From Azolla caroliniana (Eukaryota > Plantae > Polypodiophyta), in assembly GCA_043228905.1 (NCBI GenBank), contig JBHGNT010000031.1, forward strand, positions 248,001 to 312,000: a stretch of DNA of 64,000 nucleotides. The letters run 5' to 3'. The notes below the pieces were generated by a model. It did no database searches and was not told where the DNA came from. It was given only the letters and a program-made list of their open reading frames with translations. Below are positions 50,897 to 64,000 of the stretch, one piece after another; positions within the stretch are counted from its first letter, which is position 1, and each line of letters begins with the position of its first letter. Position numbers and translations under genes: made by a program.

Positions 50897-53290
50897 TGTT
50901 TTGATGCATGTGTTTTGTCTCATGTCTTTTGTCTTTGGAGAAAAAACATAACCAAACATTCTTGAGATTCTAGTTACACGATCGACCCGGACATTGCTCA
51001 TATTGGTTCTCCTGAGTCACGTGACTTGCTTTTTTAACTTGGGGGCCCTTGGGGGGCACATGTAGGTTATAAACCGTCTCTCAATCCATGGATTAGATCT
51101 TCATTTTCATCGTTGGAACCTCTTTATTCTGTGTTGATTTGTACATGATCTCCATCCATGGATTAGATCTTCATTCATTTTAATTCTCGGAACTCGTATA
51201 AAGCGAAACATCACAAACTTTTTGAAATGTTGTAGAATGGCAAATAACTTCATACAATATAGTTTCAGCTAATTGAGAGGAAGCTCGACCGTCCACAAAT
51301 TAAAAACATTATACTTTTGATTAATGTTATCTCACACTTCTTAATGTTGATGGTGGGTTTAATACTCGTGCTTTTGGAATTCCACCTAGCAATAAACAAA
51401 TTTCTATGCATTAAGAAGACATTAGTCATCATGAGGTAATGTGTAGCTAGAATTTACAAAACATAATTCAATTCCACCGTAACATATTTCCATAATACCT
51501 TACATACATGTCAAAAGACAAGGATTCAATATGTCAACTAATGAGTAAAGTTAATGAAAGACAAAACTATGAACAATATTTTACACATCAACTTTCGGTA
51601 TTTGAACACCAAACAACCTCTACATACAAGTGACAAAGATAATACTACCAGAGACCTTGTAATGAAAAGATAATACTACTATGTATTGATATTCGGATTT
51701 TAACTTTCACTAGCCCTCTCCATGACTAGCAAAAAAACATTACCATGGCATCAATTCGTCAATGAGTAACATCTCTAGCCACGTCAAGCTAGCTTTTTTG
51801 TGGGTTCTCTTCACTTTATCACCATTTGATCAAAGTTTGCATTTGACTTATCATTTCCTCCACTTCAAGCTATGAGCTTCTCTACCTTCTTCTTCTTTTT
51901 TGTTTCAAGACCTCCTACCACTCATTTACTTCTATAGTGACTCAGTCATGAAATAAAACATTTATCAATCCATTAGCCAATTTAATTTTTTTCATTCAAT
52001 GAAAACCTTATATATATCTCTATCAAGTGATGGATGCCCATTACTAGACCATTGCAATTTGCATGGTTCAAATTTCATGTTTAAAGATACAAGATCACCT
52101 TTAAACTTTGTGGAAATGTTTTAGAATAAACAATATAGATATACATATCGACAAATAGTTCCAACAACATTAGATGAAGAACCACAAAGCCATAATATAA
52201 TATTTCAGATACTTATAAGTTATAACCATTAAGGTCAAAATAATATGGTGGTTTAAAGTGTGCTTTCCAAGTTGTATCTTACTTTGAAAAACATTGAAGT
52301 GAGGGCTTTTTAATTTTCAGTTTTGATAAATTTGAGCTTCTATAGGGTTTCTTTTGTGTTTCAATTAAAATTAGATGTCAGACAATGAGCTCTTTTCCTT
52401 TCTAAACCAACAAAGAGCCCCACCAACATTTTATATTACAATTCCTCATTGATCAAGAAAGTTATGCAAAAGAAGGCATTCCTCCAGCCATTTCTAGAAT
52501 GAATTAATTCCCTTCTAGCTTTACACTTTTAGTTGGGCCTTTTCCGAGGGATACACGGGTTATAGCATTACATTTCGAGCTCTTAAATGAACAAAAGCTC
52601 TGACAATATAGTTGGGGAAAGAAAATTTCCCAACAAATCATTTTTGTCTGTTTTGATACCACAATTGAATGGCTTGTGAAGGAGATGGATGGGGATCCCC
52701 ACCATCATGACGTGCTCTCAATATACATAGTCTCTCACGTGGCACTAATGAGAGCACCTTCACTCCATGGATACACATCGGCATGGCTTATTTAAATCCG
52801 AAGCCTGCGATCTCTTCTTTTCCCAAAGCTCCTAGTGTGTCACCATAATCCTTCACGGAGCCATCCTTAAGAACCTCGAGATTGCTACCCGAATATCCTA
52901 CCAAAACATTGGCCTTTCGTTATAATTATGCGGAGCAACATTTGTCCAGGTTAGTCGATAATCAAGGGGGTAGTAAGTGGCCGATAAATGTTATGTAGGA
53001 ACTTCATTTAACACTCTCTTAAAGTAAAGAGTAAAAATTTCAATACTCTTCTTAAAGGAGGTCTTGGGTTCAATGCCTTCCCAATGCAATCCTTCCTTAT
53101 TAACATTATTATTCGGAATTCCCTTGCATTTCTCTTAACCTAATTCTCTAAGACAGAAAAGAAAACAGAGCAAGACAGAGAAGACAGAGAGAGAGAGAGA
53201 AACGTATTTTTTCGATTCAAGTTTTAGGGTTTTCGAGCTCAGTATTGAAGCCGCTGTCTCATTCTTGAGAGGAGAATTGTCACAACCTCC

Positions 53291-53329
53291 ATGGAAGCTG
53301 GACCTGCTCTGTCGCTCACAATCATGAAG
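53291..53329 (+). other. Possible first coding exon (MEAGPALSLTIMK) of an unidentified gene or pseudogene
   Basis: GA-rich leader, telo-box TAGGGTTT near 53225, CCATGG start context and AAG|GTAATT donor. No downstream exon recognised. Confidence 0.2.
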
Positions 53330-55694
53330 GTAATTTCGATATACTCCACTCTCACGATGTAAATATGGAAATTCTACGGGTACCCTAACCCTACACGACC
53401 ATATACCAGAACTAACAGAAGGCAATTTTACTGAGAAGCCATCACATAGACGGATTTCTGAGGAAATTACAGCCTTAAAGCATGACATGCGGCAGCCAAG
53501 AGCCCAAGCAATAGCCGAAAATTGGGATTAATCCAATTGTATGCATCGATGTTCGAAAAATGTACACATGAACATGAGATTGAGGAAGTCCAGTAAGATT
53601 TGAAAACATTATGCAGATCAGATAATGCGCAATAAGAAATATACCACTATGATCAATGGAATAGATTTCAATGCATTGATGTTTGGAAAGTGTGCACATA
53701 AAGCGGGGTTCTTTGAGCAAGAAATCAGGTAAATCAGACATACCTATTCCTGTTGCATTCTGAATTGGGAATAATGCAAACAAAGAGAAATAGATGCTAA
53801 GATTTGCTGACATGGAGAACGAAACGAGATAGCATTCCATGCTCGTAGATGTGGAAGTTTATAAGGGGGGAAAAAAATGTACTTTAGATGAAAACTCTGC
53901 CTGCGTGAGTTGCTCATAGGAAAGAACTCATGCCAAGAATGCATTTGAACAGTCCTTGTACTTACTTAAGGATGTAAAAATGTACTTAGATGAAGACCCT
54001 GTCCTTGCACAAGTTTCTGACGGAATGGAACACATAAAGAATATTTCAAGCACTTAAAGAAGTTAAGTATGCCATATATATTGAGATGGATGCATGAATC
54101 ACTCAATATGACAATACAGTACTATAACTGTTAACTCAAGTTAGATGGAGGAACATGTGTGGACACTCTTAAAGGCATCACAATGTACATACAAAGACTC
54201 ATGTTGGAATCAGAGGAAAGGAGCAAGTGTATTTGATTACCTTATATGTGCACTACCTTGATATCTGACATGGGTGGGAACACATACCGATCTATGTAAA
54301 CAGATCAAGCAATTTCATAAGGTCTTGTAAATACCATTAAGCATAGCAGCTAACCATACCCTCTTGTTGTTTGCATGAACATTCATGGGAGTGACAGATG
54401 CAATAAATTATACTTAAATATCCATGATATGGGTTTGTGGAAGGGATTTTACACATGTAAGGGACTATGATATGTGATGAATTGAGGAAAAAACAATTAG
54501 GGTAAGCCATTCGATCAATTCAGAAGGTGATTGTCCAAGACAATACACAAACCAATTTCTCTGGTAAGATGTCATGCATCATTGCCCCCTTACACTGATG
54601 AATGTAGAGATACAAGGAAACAACATAAAAGAGATAATACAATGTGAGAGACTATACTTATAAACATGCCCAAACAAATCTCTGAACAAATAGGACGGAA
54701 GAAAAGGAGGGAAATATCAAGCAAAAACTGGGCATGAATACTACAGTAAATTATGTGCATTCCCACGATCAAGAGCACATGCCAAAACAGTTGAAAGCTG
54801 ATCATTGCACCCCAAACTCTTCATGGAAAGCAAGGTAAAACATGTCATCTGGAAACCGAAGAATGGAATCCAAGATCAATGTGTCTTTGCCAGCAAATGG
54901 TTAAGGCATGAATGCTAAACTTGGCCACCTTTCAATGCTCAAATATTTAAGTGCGTGTGAGGGTTCTGTGGCAAACTTGGCCGATCATACCATCATACCT
55001 ATACATAAAAATGGATACCCAACAGTCCATGGGAACTACAAAACCTATCATGGTTCACTGAATCTTGGGCAAAGACTTTACTTTTAATTAGTGGGTGATG
55101 GGATTCAAGGCTGCACCTTCAGATTCACAATTTGGGTAGGACATATACTAGCCAAGTTAGATATGGCCATGGTTTCCATGAAATGTACCAACAAGCTTTT
55201 AAAAGACCCCGCACATTCTCCTAGGATAAATTGGATTTCGGCTAGCATTTTGTCGCGGCGTTTACCCTTAGTTTGACAAGAGGTTTTATCTCTTTATTTA
55301 AGGCCTCGTGTTTTTGGATCACATCGTCTCCAATATGCATGAAATCTTCCTAGGGGAGGGGGTTGAGGAGGTTCTAGTGGATCCATTTTCATTCAAGCCC
55401 TAGCTCTTATTTAAATCAACATATTTTAAATCATTCTCCAAATCAGACATTAGTGTTTTTTTTTGTGTGGTTGGAGCTATCCTTGCAAGCCTCAAAAACT
55501 AAACCATTCCATGAAAATTTGTAGACATGTTTGCTTCAGTGTAGGCTTGATTTATTGGACATAGGTTGTGAATTATGTATGAGGATTCTACATCATGGGA
55601 CTGTTGTCCCTTTTTCGTTTAAATCAACACAATCGTTGGCCATGATAGGTCACCACAATGGCTCGCCATGATGGAAATTGTTGACTTCTTCTTC

Positions 55695-55930
55695 CATTAT
55701 GATGGTTGATATTGAGGATTTTTAACCTCCACACGTTGGTTGTAGGTGACCTTTACATGATGGTTGATATTGAGGTTTTCTAAACCCTTCACAATAGTTC
55801 AAGTGAGCTCTACACAATGGTTTATATCGAGATTTTTTAATCTCTATATGATGGTTGATATTGAGGTACTTTGACCTCTACACGATGGTTTGATATTAAG
55901 TTTCTTCAACCTCCATATGATGGTTCAATT
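55695..55930. repeat. Degenerate tandem repeat (ATGATGGTTGATATTGAGG..AACCTC)
   Basis: About 5 diverged copies visible. Confidence 0.75.
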
Positions 55931-58900
55931 CCACCTAAATACATGATGGAAGCAAGTGAGGAGTTATGAGAAAGAGTTAGTAGGTTGTTGATTGTTTTGA
56001 AACTTTACACAATGGTTTGACTCCATGTTATTATTCAATAGATGGAGTTGGTTTTACCACAATTGTCAAATATACTTTGCCTTTTGTTCTGACATTATGA
56101 GTAGCTCATAGATTGACCTTGACATGGATTGTACCATCTTGTGTGCAACTTCGAGCAAACTACTAGTATGACAAGAAATATACATTACAACCTATGAAAT
56201 TATCAATGTCAAACATATACACACACTATTGTAAAATTTAAACACTTCACATCAATTAATTTATTAGTACTTAATTAATGACATGTAAAAGTATAGAATG
56301 AAAGGATAATAGATGTTTTCTCAGTAATGTTATAGTAGAGGCTTTACGAGATGAACCACTCTACAGTCACACTTTCTCTCTATGTTACAATGAAAATATT
56401 TGTACATATTTGAAAGTAAGCATCTAGTTGTTTGGCTTTAAAGTTATTTAAGTTGGTCAACTAGTAAATGACTCCTTTCAACCTCAAAATTGAACCCTTC
56501 TTATTTCTTATTTCACACTTATATTCGGTTAGAAATTTAGCAAGCTCAAATGTGTGAACCATTGCTTAGTCAAATGCCAAATCACTCAACTTTTTGTTAG
56601 AGTATGTAATGAAGATAGGTGGAGGAATTTGGAAGAAACTTTTGAATTCAAATTCCACACAAACATTTGTTCGAGCACTATATGTATAAGCAACGCATTG
56701 GAGAGTGGTATATGACTCAAATTTTTGGGTATTTTGTTGGCTCTCATTGGGAGTGTATAATATACGTTTAAATACACCCACTTAGTTTAATATATCTCAT
56801 CTCGCTTCTATTGAGAATAATCCAAGTTTAAAAGTGTTCATTATTCTTGAGTATACTAAGCTTGAAAGTCCTTTGATCTAGTGTTTGTATATTTATACGT
56901 GATGTGTTTGAAACACAAGCTATAGATGCAAGTTGCCTATTTGGACATGTTTTTAGTCTGTTTTGTGCAAGGAAGTTGACACACATAAAGCTCACCAAAT
57001 TTAGTGAGTTATAGCTTGTTGGAAAGCTTGGGAAGCCTACTTTTGGTGTACAAAAGTTCTTTGGAACAAAGAACTATTGGAGTTTTAAGGGAGTGTGGTA
57101 GCTGTTTTTTGGTATGAAGAAGGGTCTATCATACTTGTGGTGTACCTAGGAGTGAATATCCTCCATTGCATTTAAATTAAAGTGGCCAGAGGTAATATAC
57201 AAAATAGTCCAATATTACATACGACCCTAACCAATATTTCTAGGTAAAGATAACCAAGAAAAAAAAATGTAGCCAATCTTTATAGGCAAACAAAGTACAA
57301 TGAACCCATATCATTCTCCAAATCAGCAAGATGAATAGTCCAACCTCCAGAAAAAAGTGAGCAAAGGTGTGAATATACTTCCATCATACTACACCGAATA
57401 TTCATTCTATGGCCTTCTGGTAGTGTGCACACCCACTAGAGGCTAACATTTATACCCCTTGAAAACATATCATTGGTGTGAGCACATGTGGACAACATCA
57501 AGGTGATTGATCAAAATGTGTTTTCTTCCTAATATATTTTGTTGAGAAACTGTTTGAAGACATAGAGTTCACTAGTTTTACGGGTTAAACCCCATGTAGG
57601 GCTATTATTATTGCTTATCTAGGGTCTCTTTTTAATGAAAGTAATCCATACATGTAGGGCTATTATTAGTGCCTATCAAAGGCCTCTTTTTAATGAAAAT
57701 CATCGATGATCATGTATACATTCTTAATCACCAATCATCAACATCCACATGGAGAGGAGAAGAAATGTAGGCATGGGTTTTTAAAGGAAACATATTAGAA
57801 GAAATAAAAACAAAAAGATTTCATAGGAACATCCCTTGAGATAAGTGAACTATACATGGGTATAGCTTGTGGAGCCATTAGAAAAACAAGAAGTTATTAA
57901 GCAAGATTTTCTTGGAGGTGCCTCACTATGATCAAATGTATTAGTCATAGGAATTTTATGATAAATTGTAGGAGTTTTTGGAGGAGATTCCAATAGGTTA
58001 TTGGAAGAATTTGGAGCATGTCAAAGTTAGAGATTATCAATATTGAAAGAAAAAGTACATGTCCAAAATTGATAAAATCAACGCAAGATAATTCCTCAAT
58101 CAAGCCATTGGGAGTATTCAACTTGGTTTCTTGTGTTTGTAGGGCGAGTTTTTCCTATCTTTGTTTATTTTAGCATAGCTTTACCCACGAATTTGAAATT
58201 ACTGTGCTAGACAAATGAATATTGCTAGAAATATATCAGAGGATCATTTGAAAATTTCTATCATCATCATTTTTAAAATTCAATAAGATTTGTTTTCCTA
58301 ATACAAACATGGTCACAAGACTTGAATACGACATTGACATCCAGCATGTATCTTGGAATGCCTTAACATTGGTACTATATGACACCCCTACATTGAGTAT
58401 CATGCATGAGATGATGATAAGCGTGATGATCATGGAACATTAAAATTTTATTAGAGGCAATATGATCTTCATTGAGCTCAAGTGACTATGACTCATAATG
58501 GGGTTTTGTGCAAGGTTTTACACCTTAACACGGCATGGGTTGTGCTAACATGTTTTGTTTGGTAGCACCTATCCAGTAAAGAATCAAGATGCCAATTGTT
58601 TGAATGGTGGATCCACTGTTACCTACCAAGAAAAGAAGCCAATTCTTGAATAAGGGATATTCCATCCCCACTCAGGTGTGTGCAAGACAAAACTAAATGA
58701 GAAAAGTCTAAAGGTATAAACAACATAGAATATGGCATAACAAATATTATAATTTAAGTGCACTCTAAATATGGATTTTGGATGCATGAGAGCAAGACAA
58801 ATTCATTATAGCTACCCAACAAATGTTTATGATAGTTCGTTGTTTTAGGAAGCTGTCATTTAAAAAGTTATCCTATGGAAAACCTAGTTTGAATAGTTTT

Positions 58901-59189
58901 TGAAAAGGCATTTTCTTCGAGAATGGAAAAATGTTGTGCTTTTATTATCATAAATAACTAGATGTTTCTATAAATTACTGGTTTGAAAGATTAGACATAT
59001 GCATATTATGTTTTTGGAGAAATTATACTTATGTTAATATATGTTCAGGAAAAATGTTATATAATAAGTATCCTACTTTTGAATTAGAAAGATTAGTAAG
59101 TAAATGTATGTTCCATGTGGCGCATGGTCTCTTTCTCACCAGTATGATATCCATAGCTCTCTTTCACAAAATCCACCACCCAGAAGGGA

Positions 59190-59194
<5 letters not shown>

Positions 59195-59236
<42 letters not shown>
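59195..59236. repeat. (CT)n microsatellite
   Basis: Read directly. Confidence 0.95.
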
Positions 59237-59237
<1 letters not shown>

Positions 59238-61334
59238 AAAGCACACACTTATATTAATTGTATGCAAAACCCACTTGTTACAACTTCTTAGTCCTCTACC
59301 TACCTATGTAGAAAAGGGAAATCTTGTAAAGCCACTAGAAAACCTAAATGTGCACTTGAAGAAATGATCCCCATTTGCTCTAACATCCAAAAAATCCACT
59401 TGAGAATGCCTTTCAATTTCTCCATTTTCATCCCATGTCTGTTATCAAGCATGAAAGCATTATGCATATCCCAATTGTGTTGTGGTCCCCAATATCTTCA
59501 AATTTGGAACAATATCTCCAACTCATCATTTGAACCATTTTGAACATATTGAGCAAAAACCAATTGTTGAGGCCTCAAATAACAATGGGTTAAAACTTGC
59601 CAAATATTAGATAAGTACTTCCAAATTATATGTGCTATATAGGACATTTAATGAACCTATGTGCATTGCCCTCCAATGGAATGGTGCAAAAGAAACGCGT
59701 ACATAGTCCTTGTCTCGTTAAGGTTGAACCTAATGGGAGCCCACCAATCATGACTCTCCATATGAATACCTTTGCACGAAATGACAAATATATTTATTTG
59801 TATTGTGTGTGTGTGCCGCTTGGTGGGTTATATCATAGAATAAAAAATCATAAAACTGAGCGAACCTAAGTTTGATCCTCACCATGCTAGGCCCCATCTC
59901 ATAGATCATAATCAATCTCTCATGGGATGTTAAAAATATCTCCCTCTTGTTTTGTTTTGGGTGAAAATACACAATTATATTGATACAATACAATGGCGCC
60001 AAAACTATGTATATGCCGAAAACACTACAATGATACCACAACTTAGTGGTGTCACCAATCCATGGGTAGTGGGACATATTGAATTGCCAATAGGCAAGAG
60101 CAACAAGAAAATTGCGAGGATTTGATGGCAAGATGTTCTAAGATAAATTGACATAAAGAAAACTCCTCCAAATAGATGGTGCCTACAATGTTTAGTTGTT
60201 GAAATTGCCAATTTTGTTTTCCTTTCAATTTGTCTACCTATTGTACTACTCTACAGAGACAATAAAATAAGAAGCCATTTCTCACACTCCAACTATACCA
60301 AACACCTGATATCTAAGGCAATCAAACATTGGTACTAAAGGTAATTTAGTGTCTCCACTGCATGGGTAATGTGAGATGCTAAAGCACCAATAGGCAAAAG
60401 AGTGCATCCAACTATAGACAAAATATCCACATTCTCCGGTTGTCACAACTAAATCCCAAAATGAATGATGAATCAAAAAATAAGAAAAAATGAGAGACAA
60501 TATTTTGTATTTAGTAAGGAGGGATTACAAAAGAGCACCAAAGATTGATGTTGGGCTAGAATGTTTTCGTCAATGACTATATCACCTACTTATATAGCAT
60601 CATCAGATGCATGAATGCTTCCCACCTTGTATTCATGCAAGATTGTGACTGGTTACAAACAATGTTGGAATCCAAAACCATTATAACGTCAAATTCTAGG
60701 TCGTCAACCATTTGAACTAGAAGTGGGGCAGAACAATTGGTTCTAGAATGGAGTTAGATGCATATGGTTCAAAGCGACATAGAATACTAAGTGAGATACA
60801 TATGTGGATTGAGATCAAGATGAAATGAAGCATAACTTATTTGACCAAAGATGACAAAATAGACCAAGAACATTAATAATCTAGCTACTCACACATGTAC
60901 GTGGTTTTCACGTTATGTAAGACTAACCATACATGAGTCACACCACAAAACTTAGATTCCTTAGATAAAGAGTCAAGATGTTGATGATTTGAAACCTTTT
61001 TCTGTGTTATTTAAGCCTTTTACAAATGATGGGAAATTTGGACTTAAATTTCTTAGAGTTGATGAAAATGATCCTCAACAACAAGATTCTTTGAGACTTC
61101 TGAATGTTCACGCATTGTCCAACAAGGATGATAATCCTATAGTTGCGAAAAATGGAGTATACTGTATAGAAGAATGAACACAATGTAAAAACGAAACCCA
61201 ATCATCTTATTGGTAACTGATGAAACAACAAAAATATTTTACTGATGTTTGATCTATACACTCAGTTTGTCCATCTCCTTGAGGATAATAACAATATTTG
61301 TTGTCTCTTGACTAATAATAATTTTCGGGCTTAA

Positions 61335-61620
61335 AATGAAATGTGACATCTTAGTAAACCAATCCACCACAGTAAGAACGACATCGAAACCCTTTCGAGG
61401 ATGGTAGGTCTATAATGGAAACCAAAAAGATGGATTTCCATACACCATTTGGATAACACATATGGTCAATGTCGAGGAAGCTTTATTGGACAATGTCCAT
61501 GTATATTCATGAATAGAGCTATGAAACATAGGCCACCAATAGTTTCAAATACATACTCGATCTAAAGTCTTGTGGGCTCCAAAGTGTCTAGCCATTGGCG
61601 CGTCATGACTATACTACAAA
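61335..61620 (-). pseudogene. Old gypsy integrase relic
   Basis: Minus strand reads HDAPMARHFGAHKTLDRV..YWWP and WKSI..IIDLPSSKGFDVVLTVVDWFTKMSHFI. Confidence 0.75.
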
Positions 61621-62394
61621 ACTTGTAGTGAATAAGCACCATTAAGAATGTATGTAAGATTGTTTTGAAAAATATATTGTCATGCCATTTGAACTGATTG
61701 TACTCTTTATGAGACTCTTAGGACTGAGTGTAGGTAGCATGTTTTGGATGAATACTATCTAACACGTCTTGGGAAAATATATATATTAGCATGATGTCTT
61801 GATGTGGCATGCGTGAAAAGAGAAAAGTGCCAAAACTTCAAATTTAACAATAGGTTGGCCACAAGAAGGAAAAAAATGAAATTAAGTACATAATAAAACA
61901 TAACTCAAATGGAAAGATCTAATGATAGGAATTTTGCTTAAAGTGCCTCTTGAAAGAAAATATGAAAATTAAAGGAACAATGGAACATTGCTCAAGTGGA
62001 AATATATAATAATTGGAACAAAAGGGGCAAGGGCTAAACATTTTCTAGAGGTGATGCAAAGAAAACACGATTGTGATGGTGTAGAAACATGTGGTAAATA
62101 TGAATATGCCAACGTGCATTTTGGCGAAATTGGGCAACCATACAAGGATAAGGACGAGTGCATGTTAAAAGAGATGATGTTATTTTTATTTGACAAGAAG
62201 AAAATAAAATGAGAATTAAGCAAATAACAAAACATAACTCAAATGAAAAGATCTAATGATAAGGATTTTGCTTAAAGTGCCTCTTGTATGATAGTGGAGA
62301 AACATGGAGATAATGTTATTTTTATTATAGGTTTTGAGATAATGTTTTAGTACATCTGCCACCTCTAGATGGAGATAACAGTATTTAGGATTGG

Positions 62395-63132
62395 ATGTTA
62401 CAAAAAGGCAACATTATTATTCCAATGAATAAGGTTACAACACATTCAGTGTATATGTTGTTGCAACCTGCCCCATGGTTTCACGAACATGAAAATGCAT
62501 TATGGCACCTACACAAAACGCGGTCATGGTGGAAAAATAGGCTTACAAGCTTATGGTGTTGTGGTCTTCCATTTAACCAAAGGGTATTCCGATGGAGATG
62601 CCTATTGGGTGTGCTCCCGATTCGGTCGAATCTTCAAAAGCGATCGATAGCCTCTCCACATTGTGCAAGATGTGGTGGACGATTGGAAACAGTCCCACAC
62701 TTATTATGGACTTGCTCATTCACTAAAACATTTGTACAAAGATTAAGTGCGCCTCTTTCTCAAATTTCCTGGCCGAAGGTTTGGGAAACACTTTTGGCTA
62801 TTTGGACAAATTCTGTGCCCCCTATCCAATAATGCCTATTTTCTCCAATAGACAAGATTTTGGGCACTCTAGACGATTTGGACGGCTCGCAATAATAAGG
62901 TCTTTGATCGAAACCAACTGCATGAAGTTAACTTCTTTAAGCAATCTCTATTTGATTCTCTTCAACTTAGAGACATCACATTGCAAATTTACAATCTTAC
63001 TTTGAGTGCTTCTAAGCTCTTTAGTGTCTAATCGACACTTCTATATCTCTCTTTATTCTTTGTGGGTTTTCACCTCACTTTGAGGTTTCCCATTAGTAAT
63101 AAAAGTGTTACTATAAAAAGCAAAAATAAAAA
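62395..63132 (+). mobile_element. 5'-truncated LINE (L1-type) 3' end with zf-RVT domain
   Basis: WRCLLGVLPIRSNL..CARCGGRLETVPHLLWTC, followed by AATAAA and an A-rich tail at ~63095-63132. Confidence 0.8.
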
Positions 63133-63149
63133 CCTAACTTTGTCAACAA

Positions 63150-64000
63150 ACCAAATCACAGGGTAGTGAATCATGAGTACGCATGGGAAGGGCTTGTGGG
63201 AGCATGAAGAAGGTGGGTAACGGGAATCGTCCAACGGCATGGCTCCCACTGCAGCCGGACTTCGTCGTTTTCTTGTTGTTGAGGAACCTCCGCAAGTCGT
63301 GCACGGTGGAATTCGTGTTGAGGGCCCCACACCGGGTAGTGGCGGATGACATGGCCAGGGTTACCATAATAGAGACAGAGGCCATTGTCACAACGATGTT
63401 GGCGTTGGGCATCAGTTAGAGGTTGGAACCGAGCGCGATCGATCTCCATCAAGGTATGGGAATTGACCTTCATTGTAGGATGAGTGTCATTGGGTGATGG
63501 TAAGGTTGGAGGTGGGGGGCGAAACTAAGACGTAGGGCCTGGCTATTGATGTGTTTCGGGAGGAAGACTGAAATCCGTGAGTCCCATGTTCTTCCTAACG
63601 AAGTTCGAACAAACGATTATCACATTGGACAACTTGGGAGATTACTTGAGACAATGATGTGGGCTTTGGAAAGTTCAAGAGAAGAGTCTTGACATCGTTT
63701 CGGAGACCACGGACGAAAATGGTCGCATAAGGCTTGGTCATCCCAACTGACATCGCAGGCAATTTGGCGGAACTCTGAAGCATAGATAGAGACTGGACGT
63801 GATCCTTGTTGGAATGAATAGAGCTTCGTGAGTGCCGTTCGTCGCCAGTCTGTCTCGCCGAATGTAGCTTCGAGCTCACCAAGGAAAGCGATGAAGTTTC
63901 TAAGCGAGGGGATGAGGTCTCGACCAAGGGTGCAAACCATGCTTGCGGTAGCCTGGAGAGAAGGGTGCTGATGAGGCCAACTCGAGAAAAGTCGTTAGCA
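63150..64000 (-). mobile_element. Gag region of a second Tf1/sushi/Tcn1-type gypsy, running off the window
   Basis: Homologous to ~12900-13490. ATFGETDWRRTALTKLYSFQQG and MEIDRARFQPLTDAQRQHRCDNGLCLYYGNPGH. Confidence 0.88.

Noticed and set aside
50513-51001. ORFs with YVCM/HTYI repeats
   Set aside because: Translations of the (TATG)n microsatellite.
57593-57700. ~57-bp tandem duplication
   Set aside because: Ordinary local duplication with no further structure.

Overview
Land-plant nuclear DNA, probably a non-seed plant such as a fern or lycophyte (inferred from Tcn1/Tf1-like chromoviruses beside a spliced plant gene). Bases ~2.4-45.2 kb are a nested LTR-retrotransposon cluster whose LTR termini and target-site duplications (TSDs) can mostly be read directly. 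It contains one young Ty1/copia (2411-7766), two decayed copies of a second copia family (13923-19561, 24706-39418), several Ty3/gypsy elements or fragments, four solo LTRs and a foldback repeat. A complete 12-exon pectin acetylesterase gene lies on the minus strand (50391-45859, 397 aa) and is missed by the ORF track. The rest holds microsatellites, old gypsy relics and a LINE 3' end. The most unusual observations are tRNA-like Pol III cassettes inside two TGTCG..CGACA LTRs, a regular hairpin array in a gypsy leader, a large extra ORF 3' of a gypsy pol, an 11-nt self-priming site hit exactly by a nested copia, and a PAE lacking both cysteines next to its catalytic Ser and His. All alignments and counts were done by eye; no database was searched.
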